Positions 34,761 through 47,200 of a stretch of DNA of 64,000 nt are shown here, piece after piece; the stretch's first letter is position 1, and each line of letters starts with the position of its first letter. The translations under genes and the position numbers were made by a program. The stretch lies in NCBI GenBank assembly GCA_020137815.1, contig CM035357.1, positions 2,356,001 to 2,420,000 of the forward strand, in the 5' to 3' direction. The DNA comes from Hormiphora californensis (Eukaryota > Animalia > Ctenophora). The notes beneath the pieces are model-generated. The model worked only from the letters and a program-made list of their open reading frames with translations, was not told the DNA's origin and searched no databases.

Positions 34761-37700
34761 ATCTGTCTCTATAATCTGTTTGTCTCTCCCCCTATCCTTC
34801 TCTATCTCTCTCCCCCTCTCTCTCCCCTCTATCGAGATCACTATTTTCTCCAGCTTTGATCATCTTCATAAACCACGGTAGTGCGGTGTACACGCAGTTT
34901 CCTGATCTTTCCTCAGACTCTCTTAGGCTCATGGAGCTCTGAATTTGTTGTGGTTTAATAATTTCCTGTTATCTCACAGTCTGTCTTACTACAGCACTAT
35001 ATCTCATTCACTATTAAGCGCTGGCAGGCTCACAGTCTGTCTGCAGCACTATATCTTTCATTCAGCGCTGGCAGGCTCTTTGGGGTAGCTGGCGAGTTAG
35101 CAGATATCGCTAAATAGCATTAGTATATTTGGGATAAAAGGATATTTTAGTATATACCTGAGGGTATCGACGACCTTGAATTGTTTGATAAGTTCCACCC
35201 GTTTACTATTACCCTCATCCAGGGAATACCGGACCTTGCCTGCACTGAAATAGTATAATAATTATGAAGGGGGTGGGGGCCATTAGGGGACCTAATATAG
35301 CTGGTCTCGCGTGATGATAATTATTGCAAATATTGGTTTTCCGTACTGAATACTGTATAGTTAGTGGGAATAATGGATTATGGCGAATGCGTTCTGGTCT
35401 GTGTAATATACACAGCTTGTAAACAGTAGTGTGTTTTAAGTGCAATAAAGCGATACTAATTAACTCAGTAACTCAGCTTCGTTTATCATTTTCTCTCTCG
35501 CTAACAGGACACTTTCCGCAGACAAAATTAGTCGTCCGCTACCCCTAGACATGTTACTGCGAGGTCAAACTTTTGGGACATTTATGGCTTATGTGCCTCA
35601 AAGGGTTAACATTTTGAGGCCCATTATAGGACACTCACCATATGGACTTGTGAATCTTAGTGTAACTTGCTATCAGTTTATCACACTTCTCTTTAGCTTC
35701 CATTAGTTTCTGAAACAAAACATCAAAATTAGTAGAAAAAACAGTGTACTCTGACTAAAAATAGGATGTTGTAGAAAAACTTCAAGGGAGTTGGAAAATT
35801 AAAATTGAAAGATCGCAATGCTCATAAACTGGGCTCTGGGAATCCCTTTCCCCCGCACTCAATTGCACACACCTTATATAATTAACTTTAATTAATTGTA
35901 CTCACCCTATAATTATCCTCCACTGTGTGATCAGCATTCCTAAGCTTGGCTTCTTCTCGCGCACTGAAATAACAAGTTGTTTTTTTTGTCGACCGAATAA
36001 CAAGGATTAAATATATTTCCGCCTTGACAATTATAAGGTGTAAACTATGGCGGTATAAGTTGGCGATATATATTTGACAGCGAGGTGTGAACTAAGGTGC
36101 AAGATCAGACGGACTGTTGTTGACTTGTTACAAACAAAGGGTCCTATAAATAGTCCAAAAATATTCCACTTCCCCAAATTGCCTTGTGTCATTCCATTTC
36201 CGGTCTTGGTACCTCGCCAAATGTTCATACAACAACAACCAACCAGATTTGAGTTGAGTTGTGTTGTTCACGTGGTCAACACCAAGAAGATTCTACCTCA
36301 CGAACTGATCTTGAAGAGTGTTACAACATCTCTTCAGTTTAATATCCTCTAAGTTGAATACCCTCTTATTGTGATTTCCAGTCAGTTTCCAGTCCTCTAA
36401 AAAACCCAGCTATTTCTGACCAAGTTGATTCAGAAAACACTTTCTATCTTTAGGGTTTAAATGTTAAACTGTGCGGGTGTAAAGGCCCTAGTGGGACCCT
36501 TTATAATCCAGTTCCTGGCGGCTGGGTGCTCCTATCTTCCCAGTTCATTCTATGTGATCCACCTACACGAGGAACTAGGTACGTTCTATTCCATAAAATT
36601 AACCGGGCAAAATCATTTCTTCTGATATATGAGAATTCCCGGAAAATCGGTGATGGAGAAAGCAAAACTTACAATTTGACTACCCCCTCTTTTTCTCAGA
36701 TGTACCCCGGATCATAATAGGAGTATTTGGAATGGCCCCTGCTGTGGGATATCTTATGAATGTACCTCTTAACATAGTTGATATGCTCCTTGAGAGGAGG
36801 ACCATGTCCCTTAGGACTATTCTTCAAGTGGGAACAGCAATTACCGCACTGGGATCAACAGGTAGGGCAATGACAGATATAGCTAGTATAATTCCAATTG
36901 GAGGGATCACATAGTCCCTGGATCCTGAATTGTGTTTCATTCTCTGTAATTCATATTGGTCCTCCAATGCAAATTTTGTGATTCATACCAGGATCAAAGA
37001 AACTACAATCTCTAACCAATCTCTCTTTCAGCCCAAGGTATAATCGGGTGGGCTGCCCCCACCATTGGTATCTACAACTCCATGTCAATACTCATAATCC
37101 TCAAAATCATCCACGGTTTCGTGGCCTTCCTTATCAGTCACTGCATATATTTCTGCTACGAAGCCTGGCTGCCTGACCACGTCAAGGCGGGAAATAGTTT
37201 CGGGAACAGTGGGAATTATCTCGGCGGTGCTTTTGCAGCGTTTCTGGGTGGGATCAGCTACACCCAATGGGGTTGGCCAGCGCCATTTTTTGTCTGGGGA
37301 GGTATCTCTGGGATCGTTTGGGTTCTCATGTTCTGGCTTCTACCTCCTGATTCTCAGCCGGTATACCGGAGTAGATCAGATCACCAGGATGAGACAATGA
37401 TCACCCTGGAGAAACAGTTGTCAGAACCAAAAGGTGCACCATTGACACCCCTGTGCGTGGTGGTCTATGTAGCTCACAGCATGGGAGAGCTGGTAGTTGG
37501 GTGTATGGGATCTCTGTTCAGTTCGTTCATGTTGTCCGAATTCGGGATTACCATAGCAACCAGCACGAGTTATATTTTCCTGCTCCTGTTCGCGGTAATG
37601 TTCGGTGGTGTACTAGTTGGTGGTATTCTCCAATCACGGCTACTCCGGTGTGCTGAACTTGTCTGTCTGGGTGGGTTTCTTCTTGCTCTGGGGGTTTACC

Positions 37701-40556
37701 TGATATTCCCATACCCTTCTACTGATTTTCTCCATTCCATCGTCCCATATTCATCCTACCTAGCGGTTATTTTCCTGGGTTTAGGTCTCGAATGTTCCAC
37801 CCTATCCTGCCTTTTCTTAGTAGAAGATCTCCAGAAACTGGTGGTTGGTTGCTATGGTTACAAGGCTAAATCAGCGAATGTAGCGGCCTGGCTCCACTTC
37901 TACCTAGTTTCCTGCTACAGCGGTAACATGATGGCTCTCCTGGTCCTTCAATACATGTCGTGGGAGCAATGTGGGTGGTTGCTAGGTGGGTGTGCTTCTG
38001 TTACCATGGTTATCGGGGGCATCTTTGAGGTTATCCTCCGGTCCCGGGGCTTCTACTCCCGGGAAGGGTATGGGATGCTATCGAGGGGTAGCAGTGGACG
38101 GAGTGAGAGTTTGGATTCACCCCCTGCTGTTTTGGAAGTGGATGCCAACACGGGCCGGTGACATGACTAACAAGGAATGAAGCCGTGATTCTATGGCTCA
38201 GAGTGGACATTGGACAGATGGAAGATGAATGACGAGATCTGAACACAACTAGCATGAAAAACAAATGGGAAAGGAATGGGAGGGAATATGGAATTGGAAT
38301 CGGACTTTAACCAACTAATTAATTAGTTCAATTACCTGGCGATGATGTTGAGACACTTTTCACAAAGGCGAAGGGAATGCTGCACGGGAGCGGGTGGTAG
38401 TTCTTTACCAAGGGACACGATAGCTTCCTCAAGCTCCACAAACTGAAAATTGTTATTGTTATTGTTATTATTTTAAGGTGTTATTAGTATAATTTCATAA
38501 CTTGTTATTGCTGATTTTGGTTAGTTTTCTCAGATGAACTATTTGCTGTACCATTTTAATTTGCTGTAAGTTATACATTTTGAATTCTATAATTTTGAAA
38601 ACAATTGTTTTTCTGAAAGTCGATGGGGCCACCTAAACTATGTATCTAATAACTATAAGAGTTGTGTTTTCGTATCTTTCATAACAAAACGGAAGGGTTC
38701 CTTCATGGAATTTGGCCGACCCCGTTTTGAGAGTGCCGAGCCGGGTGCCGGCCCTCAGACAAGAATTACGTACCTGACTGCAATCAGAGCACAGTAACTC
38801 TGCACAGAGGCGACAGTGGTGCTTCCTGAGTCGCAGGATGGTTCCGGTAAGACCACACCCGGTACAGCCGTCTGACTCGTTGAACCATGGGACTACCCTC
38901 TGTTCTACCTCTGTAGTTGGGGGAGGGGTTGTGAAGTTTGGGGAGGACTCTTGTAGTTGGGAAGGAGTTGTGAAGTTTGGGGAGGACTCTTGTAGTTGGG
39001 GGAGGGGTTGTGAAGTTTGGGAGGGGTTGTGAAGTTTGGGAGGAGTTGTGAAGTTTGGGGAGGACTCTTGTAGTTGGGGGAGGAGTTGTGAAGTTTGGGG
39101 AGGACTCTTGTAGTTGGGGGAGGAGTTGTGAAGTTTGGGGAGGACTCTTGTAGTTTGGGTAGAAGTTGTTGAGAGGGGGAGAAAAGGAGAGTACTTGGCA
39201 TTTACTTAGTACTAGCGGGGTTGAAAGCTGAAGTTGAAAGCTAAAGTTGCATGAATAGACAGAGGAGCTAACTCCCCTATTACTTACCTCTAAGATTCTT
39301 GTTCCCAGCTGCAATCTCACTGACCAACGCAGTCACCAGCTTATCAATGAAAGGAGGGTAGAGAGTTAGGTGGAGTCCTAGAGAGTATAGACTATCCGAG
39401 AGTTGTGTTCAGCAAACCGTTCATACCAAACCGAGCTTCCTTATTTGAATGTAACCCCGTTTTGATAGTGCGCTCAGATCGGGACAGTACCAGCTCAGAC
39501 AAGAATTACGTACCTGACTGCAATCGGAGCACAATAACTCAGCACAGAGGCGACAGTGGTGTTTCCTGAGTCGCAGGATGGTTCCGGTGAGACCACACCC
39601 GGTACAACCATCAGATTCGTTGAACCATGGGACTACCCGCTGTTCTACCTCTATAGGAGGGGGTTGTGAAGTTTGGGTAGAAGTTGTTGAGAGGGGAGGA
39701 GTTGTGAAGTTTGGGGAGGACTCTTGTAGTTGGGGGAGGAGTTGTTGAGAGGGGGAGAAAAGGAGAGTACTTGACATTTACTTAGTACTAGCGGGGTTGA
39801 AGCTCATTCCTCTATAAATTACCTCTAAGATTCTTGTTCCCAGCTGCAATCTCACTGACCAATGCGGTAACCAGCTTATCAAGTCGGAGATGTAACTTAG
39901 TCGCTTCCTTTTGTGAGTGACTAAGCCGCTTTGGACGAACCGCCTTGAACACCTTTGTTAGATTGTTATTGACACCTGCAGAGGTGGGATTGGTTATGTT
40001 GGACAATGGTATTTCTCCCCTCGAATTTCAAGGCGGGCTAGGACCCTTAGCCGCGTGGAGGGCTGGACGTGGATCTACCTAATACACGCGATAATAGGAA
40101 GAAGGACGAAATATCCTACCAATTAGTTGTGGTGCGATATCCTCCCACTGCCCAGCAGGGGATGCTCTAGAGGAGGGTCGAGGCGAGGATGAGGGCGAGG
40201 GACCAACTGGTTTAGCTGGTACTATGACATCATCATTAGCAATCCAACTCATCGTGTAGTCTTTAGCTCTGGACATCATTGCTGTAGAGAGGAGGGGGTT
40301 TAGTTGCTGTAGAGAGGAGGGCGGGTTAGAAATATTACAGGGGGAGTTACTCCCCTATCACTTGAGGGGCATTTGGTTCAATTGGGGGGGAGCGGAGGGG
40401 GTATATGATTTAATTGAGGGGAGTGGGGGACATCTGATTCTAAATTAACCTACATTTTAGAGGTGAAGTCTCTTCAAAGTGAACAGGAAAATGATCCTGA
40501 AGAAGGGCGGCTGTTTGGAATCCTTCCTTACATTCCGGACAAATAAACCCCTCCAT
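32332..40556 (-). CDS. RBSN: Rabenosyn-5 (C2H2 + FYVE + Rab-binding helical hairpin)
   Basis: Exons 40556-40454 (MEGFICPECK..H...H), 40281-40120, 39975-39823 (KLHLRLDKL), 39650-39514 and/or 38910-38774 (WFNESDGCTGC..RLRKHHCRLC..LCSDC), 38442-38336 (RLCEKC), 35963-35906, 35709-35639, 35244-35158, ~33927-33783, ~33504-33400, ~32760-32570 (HPLIEQREIIRGYLRQ), ~32424-32332 (AIRDDRKEEIETLKQNL). Confidence 0.88.
36461..38161 (+). CDS. Multi-pass membrane protein, probable MFS transporter, nested antisense in the RBSN intron 35964-38335
   Basis: Exons 36461-36578, 36700-36861, 37032-38161 are in frame. Many hydrophobic helices in two halves with a polar linker; MFS-like G...G...GG......GW.APF..WG motif. 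Confidence 0.78.
38914..39170. repeat. Intronic minisatellite (GTTGTGAAGTTTGGGGAGGACTCTTGTAGTTGGGGGAGGA variants)
   Basis: About 6 tandem units; a shorter version lies in the paralogous intron at 39655-39750. Confidence 0.9.
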
Positions 40557-41279
40557 GATCGATAATAGTTCTTTCTCAACTGGAGCAAAGGTGGTTTATA
40601 TCGAGTTATTGGGCAGAGTTTTCAGTAGCACCCGGGATGGAGTGAGGGATGGTCACACAGATGAAGTCCTTGATGGCTGTTAGATCGGGCACAATATCAC
40701 GTGATATAACTTCTCTGGATCACGTGTTCATTGTTCCCCTCCTCCACCACCTCCACCGCTGTCATACTACATGATCCTAGATTGAATAGATCAGAGGTTA
40801 GTAGGTTACGAATATAAAGGGTTGGGGCTGAAAGTAGGAATGGGTATGATTGGGATTGGGGGACGGATACTGGATAGGAAGAGGAAATCGTGAACTTTGT
40901 GTACCGCAAGGAATTTATATTCTATCGGTAAGTGAATACACAATAAAACAACTTTGATTTACGGGAAATAAAACATTGAAAAAGTGATCAACACAAAACA
41001 AAGAAATCACAGGTAAAAGAATACACTTACAGCATGCTACTAAAGTAATAGTACAAATTATGAATAATACAAGTTTACACACATATATGTGACACATCTG
41101 ACCCCAAATAGTAAAATTGTAATGAAGTTGAAAAATAAAGGGATAAAATAATTAGTTCGTTATATGTTCGTTAACTGTTTGCTGTTCCTGTTTACCCTAT
41201 TTCACCCTATCAAACCCATTCGTGACTATTGATGACGTCATCATATTAGTGAAGCGTCACGATGACGTCATAGTGGTGT

Positions 41280-44200
41280 TTAGTGTAACATAGCTCCCTG
41301 ATTATGAATAGCACAGAACTCCTTGATACGCTCAACATACTCCCGCTGCTCCACTGACAGACACGCACCTTCCTTCAATTCCCACCTGGAGTTGAAATAA
41401 ATGAAAAACTACTGCTCCTTCATAAAACCATGCAATGCTCCTTCATAAAAACAAATATCAATCACATACCGTGAAGGAATGTAGGTCAAGAGGAGCTCGA
41501 GGGAGTGGTACTCAGCGAGGCGAGAGTAGTCCCAGGAGTGGGATATGATATCAACGACCGTAAAGAGGCCCAAGTTTCGGAACTCTATGAGCGGGTTGAA
41601 GGGCCCGGAACATCTCGGTAGAATTCTTACAGATCGCAGAAAGGAGGGCGTGTTGGTATTTCAGAACATCCTGTGGAGTTTTGTTAACAGAATGTTTTAT
41701 ATCAGGGATGTGTTCAAGCTGTCAGGCCAATACTCTGACCACTGTTCTCACGCACCATGGTCAGGCCAATCATGCTCTGACAGTGTCCCAACATTTTACG
41801 ATTGAACAAACAATACCTCGATTTCCACGATCATATCCAGGATGGTATCCAGTAGTCCAGGATACACCGCCTCTATGACATCCACATCACTTTCCAGATG
41901 GATACTATCCGGCAAACTAAAGGGTAGGGGGTGTTATAGGAGGGGGACTACTACTGCATTGAAATCAATGTGGATAGTGGCTAAACTAACAAAATTAGTG
42001 GGATCTTGTTTTGTTTGCACCTGACTGCTTTTACTTTTAAGAAGGGTCAAGGGACGGCCGGGGGTATAAAGTAGATTGAAAGAACACGCAACCCAATTAT
42101 GATTTATAAATCCAAATGGTGCAATATTTTACTCATTCTAACCTGATGAGAGATAATCCGAGCGAGAGTTGTTCCTGTAGCCCTCTGATACACAACTCTA
42201 CTTGGTCTGACTCAGCATCCATGAACTTTTTAGCGCCCGTAGAAAGTGTAATCACATCTGGAAGAATACAGTTAGTATCAAAAGTTACCTTTTTGAATAT
42301 ATTTTTGACTGGAGTCTGGAACAACTTGAACAAGTTGGGAAAACTCGCCCGATAAGAACATACTGATTTTAAATCAGTGATTTACCAATGAGCTTGGCAG
42401 TATCTCAATCGAAATAAAACACATCACACTTACTGAGAACGTTCTTCATCAAGATTGCTCGTGTAGAGTCCCCTATTTTCTTGAGGATGGGCAGTGCATC
42501 AGCAGGTACCTCAGGTAAGGGCAGTCTAACCAGACCTTTAGGGAATAGCAAGAAATTGTGTCAAAATGGTGTTAAAACTTTCTCAAAATCTTTCTCAACG
42601 AAATAATACAGCTGTATTTAGGACGCGAAAATCTTTCTCAAAAATTAGAGAGCCTGACCAGATCTGCTCTTACCTGTTTTTTCACTGGTGGCCTTGTAAT
42701 ACCGATCACATATCAAATTTGGGTTGTACAGAAGTCTCTTCAGGAAGAACGCCAATATCTGCAGGAATGAATGGGTGTAATTAGAAAATACTATTGAACA
42801 GTATAAAATATTCATGGGGTATAATTACTGGGGGCACTACTGTGAAACTAGAGGACCTTAGGACTAACGCCAAAGGACGAGAGGCCACATTTTGTCCCAG
42901 AAACAGGAAACCTAAAACACATGAGTATGCCAGGAATGATATATCCTTTCCCTTTGCATTGCTAGGCCTGAGGCCAGTAGGACATGGATTTTCATGAGTA
43001 AAGGGCGCTAGATAATTAGAAACAAACACAAAGACGTCTTTCCTGGAAGCACCTTTTGTTGTAACCAAACAGAAGTTCTACGTTAGATGGACATACAGCG
43101 AGCAAGGATCTTGAGACTTCTGGTTAATCTACATCAGATGGGCCTTTTTGATGCAGATGAACTGCACCAGAAGTTCCGAGCTGTAAACGTTTACCCTCTT
43201 TAGATCCTTACTCGCTATGTGTCAACGTGGAGCTTGTGGTGAAGTTCATTTGCATCTGGTTCTTATAAAACCCTCTCACTATTCATAACAACTACTGTGC
43301 CCCCATTGGTTCACCTTTAGGATTATCTGATGCCTGATTGGTCGCTGGGTTCTTATCACGTGATATAACTGTCGCAGACGCGAAGCGATTAAAGAACAGA
43401 ATTAAACTCAAGGACTTCTTGAATCTTACTACTAAGCTTTGTAACATATCTATCTCTGATCTGCTTTGTTTGGAAACGACAGGGACTTTGAGCTGTAAAT
43501 GTTACACACTTCCCGAACTGCTTCCGCCTGCGGATTTCGAGGATGTGTTCTTCTTTTTGTGGCCGTTATAAATCAAGCAGTTTTCGGATTGCTAACAGGT
43601 AATTCATTGTCAAAAGTTAATTTGCTGGTGATCAAGTTAGTTGATTAAAATTAATTCCCTCCTAAATTAATTTTAGAGCCACGTGAGACGAATGCTTTAG
43701 TTCCTTCCTCGACATGGCTATCCTACGAATACCCAAATTACCCAGCCACCAACTCTATTGATCAAGATCTCAAAACCTGTTCAGTTGCAGACCGGGCTAC
43801 CGGTGAATCAGAAGTATGGTGAGTTTAACTTAACAACAAATTACATTAATTAATTTGACACAAATTCGGTGAATTTAGTATGAAATCACCTTCCTCTGTG
43901 CTAATGCTGCATTCTCGGAACGCGTTTGAGTAGTCACTTGCACGTCGCGGGCTCCCCGCCAACCCTCCAAACCCGAGTGAAAATGCTAATAACGAACACG
44001 TTCCAAGAAAGGAGCATTTATAACTCTTATACTAAATCTCCTACAGGCATATCGTGGAGTTTCCTAGTGCCTATAAAATCGACAAGGTAGTGCTCTACTC
44101 AATTTTCTATAACAACCAGGGGTTTGGATGGGAGTCTGACTTTGGCTATTGCTTGAATAGCATAGTAAATTGGAATTACTGTCTCTCAAGTTATTATGAT

Positions 44201-47200
44201 ACCGTTGTGTATGTTTATGAAGGTAAATATGAAAACTTGTAATTTCCGAAACATCTTGTTATTATTTGCCTTGCTCGACCCTGTTTGAACAAAACTAGAT
44301 ATTATCTGATATCTTGACAATCTTCCCTGTTTTGATCATTCAGGCGACCAAGAGAAGAAGAATTGTGGAACACTTGAATTAGATCGTTGGGGTTACAACC
44401 AAAGCGAACAGATCTATAGTCTCGATTGTCAGGGAGCAGTTGGAGATCGAGTTAAACTTGTGAAAACAGGCCAGCTCGATATAGCTATAACGAGATAGTG
44501 GTCTGTGAGCTGGTTGTACTGGGGATAGTGGGCCCCACTGCATTAGGTAGGTGTTATCAGATCACATGACAACTACATGACCAGCCGGCAGCCAGATCAC
44601 ATGGCATGTACAACTTGTACTACCAGATCACATGGCATGTACAACTACATGACCAGATCACATGGTACAACTTGAACTACTCGTTAGTCGACGCTCTGTG
44701 ACTGTGACAGACTTTCTTTATCATTCAACCCAATCATATAAGCATGAAACCCAACTAAAACTAAGATATTGTCACAAAAATACCAGATCAATAAAAGCCA
44801 GATTAATATCCGATTTCAGGGGGAGTTTCGCTACGACCCTTGTTCTCTCACAAACACCCACTCGACTCACAACTGTCTAGAAGAATTTCTGATCTTCCGA
44901 AAGGTCGGTTGATCAATGTATCCCGCTGCCTGTGTGTAGCCTAGTGCAATATAGTTGTTTGTTTTAGCGAATTGTGTTCATGCTGTTATTTTAGTCATCT
45001 AGTTTGGCATATATACATACATATAATGTGGGTGTGATCTAAATTTATTTTCGATGTCAAGTTTGGGGGAAGTTAAGTCCCATTTCCTGTTTGCCAACCC
45101 TGTTTCTTTCCTAAGTTCCCCTGACATGACCATGTTCCTTATTCGCTATTTCCGATTGGTTCATAGTTTAATTTTTGCCAGTCTTGTGTCAGTGATTGTC
45201 GGTTTCCCCCACGAATTATGATAAGCCGTTTTAATTCAGTTCTTTCAAGAGAGATATTTTTCCTGGGAAACATATTTCAGCTTCTTGATCGTAGGCCTTT
45301 TTCTTCTCTATACAATTTTTTTATATATAAGTGCTGCTATAAATTGGAGAGCTAACGAGCGTTCATTATTCCATAAGTTTTAGAAACTCGTTCCTTCTCA
45401 ACCAATAGCATAGAAGAACGGCTGAGAATAAGGATCGGTTGATTGTTTATAAGCCGCACATCAATGAGGAAGTTTAGTTTTTTCTCCTTCCGACTGTACG
45501 AAATGAGTAGACGGGGTTCTATTGTAGAAGAATGTTTGAAAACTTTCAAACTTTTCAACACTACAATTAAACAAATTAATTTGAGCCTGATGATGATGCT
45601 GTGCATCGAAATTGATAGCGTTCTTCTACAATAAAACCCCGTCTACTCATTTCGTACAGCCAGGTACAGCCGGAAGAAGAAAACTAAAATTCCTCATAGA
45701 AGAACGGCTGGCACACGTCTTATAATTGTGGATGTATGCTCTCTTGGCACGTGCTGCTATATGTAATAGATTGGAGACCTAACTTCAAAGAGTTTACAAA
45801 CTGTTACTTTCCTTGATCTGCTCCCCGGGCAGCAGTGTGGGTGCCCCATAATTCTACCAGTTTGTTTGTTTGTTTGTTTGTGATTGCTGCGTCTGGAGGA
45901 TGACCTGCCCGAAAGTAGTTGAGGCCGCACCGAACACGCTTATTAGGCGCCCCAGCACGTCCACCACTCTGCCGTAGCAAGGCCACCCACCAATCAATCT
46001 ACTAGTTTATTAACCATACTTATACTATAGTTGTCATGTTTCTCCTCGTTCTACTTGCAACAGCAGCCGCTGCCGATCTTCTGGAGATTTCGGGTATCGA
46101 TAGCAGTCCCGAACAGGGTAGTGCCTTCTCAAAACAGATGGCCATTGACCGAGATAACGGCACTTTCTACCATTCGACTTACTCGCTAAATGATCACAGT
46201 GTCAAGTTTATCCACGTTAATCTAACAGAAGCATCCATGGTTAAACAGGTCGTTATCCTTAACAGGTGAGCTAATGAAATCACATAAAATAAACAAACTT
46301 TAAATTGTAAAACATTGAGTCGTCTATAATGCCTCCGGCTATTTCAGATTTCTGGAAGGGCAGATCGGTTAACCGGGTTTTATTGTCGTCTAATTTCACA
46401 CATATCTAAGAATTCTTGGCGACGTTTCCATAATAGACATAGTGCTGGACATTCTGTGCTTAACGGTTTCGTCCTCCAAAGCTCTATTGTGTACTTGCAG
46501 CTTTTGAGACTAGCCACTATACTCTTTCAGATTGTCAGAGAACAAAAACCACGTCCGAGACCGTATTCTTGGTACTGAGGTGACTCTTACATATCTCGGT
46601 AAAACAGCCGCCTCATGTGGAACAATAACAAGTGCTACATCCGATGACACCTATACTCTGACATGCCCCGTTACCTTAGCAACTGGTGTTAACCTGACCG
46701 ATGGTGTCGTAGAGACGACCATGGATTTGAGTAACTATGGCAATGTGATGAATATCGCTGAAGTGTGGGTGTTCGGTGACGATTATGCCGAGCCAAAGAT
46801 TGGTAGGTATTCATTCAGGGTGTTATATCTTTAGAAACCATGTAAAAATTGTTATGCAATCGATGGGCGGTCTGACTTGCTGATGTGACTAGCTGCTGAC
46901 TAATGACTATAGCTGGTGCGAACTAAAAGTGAAAATCCGCTGTAATATCTATAATAAAATTTCCGTTAGATTTAACAAATTTAAAGTGAGAGTGGACCGA
47001 CACAGAATTGGACAAGATAATTGTAGGTAGTAGAGATTATTTCTCTGAGCATTTTGCTTTTTCCCCGCTTAAAATTGACCCCTCCATCACTGAGATACTT
47101 TTGTTATGTTGGGAGCATGACGTCACGCATCTATCTCTTGTATTCTGTATGTGTGCGCGCCCAGGCATGTTCGATGTACTGCCTACAGAGAGAATACAGA

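Noticed and set aside
38784-39320. 178-aa and 98-aa Pro/Ser-rich ORFs
   Set aside because: Read-through of the intronic minisatellite, out of frame with the FYVE exon.
42800-43450. Exon-like sequence on either strand (e.g. MDIQRARILRLL at 43087; minus ATG 43715)
   Set aside because: No consistent frame or splice pattern; the minus ATG at 43715 overlaps a better plus-strand lectin exon.
45544-45700. Functional SL RNA gene
   Set aside because: No GT donor after the SL exon and no recognisable Sm-site intron portion; treated as a captured relic.
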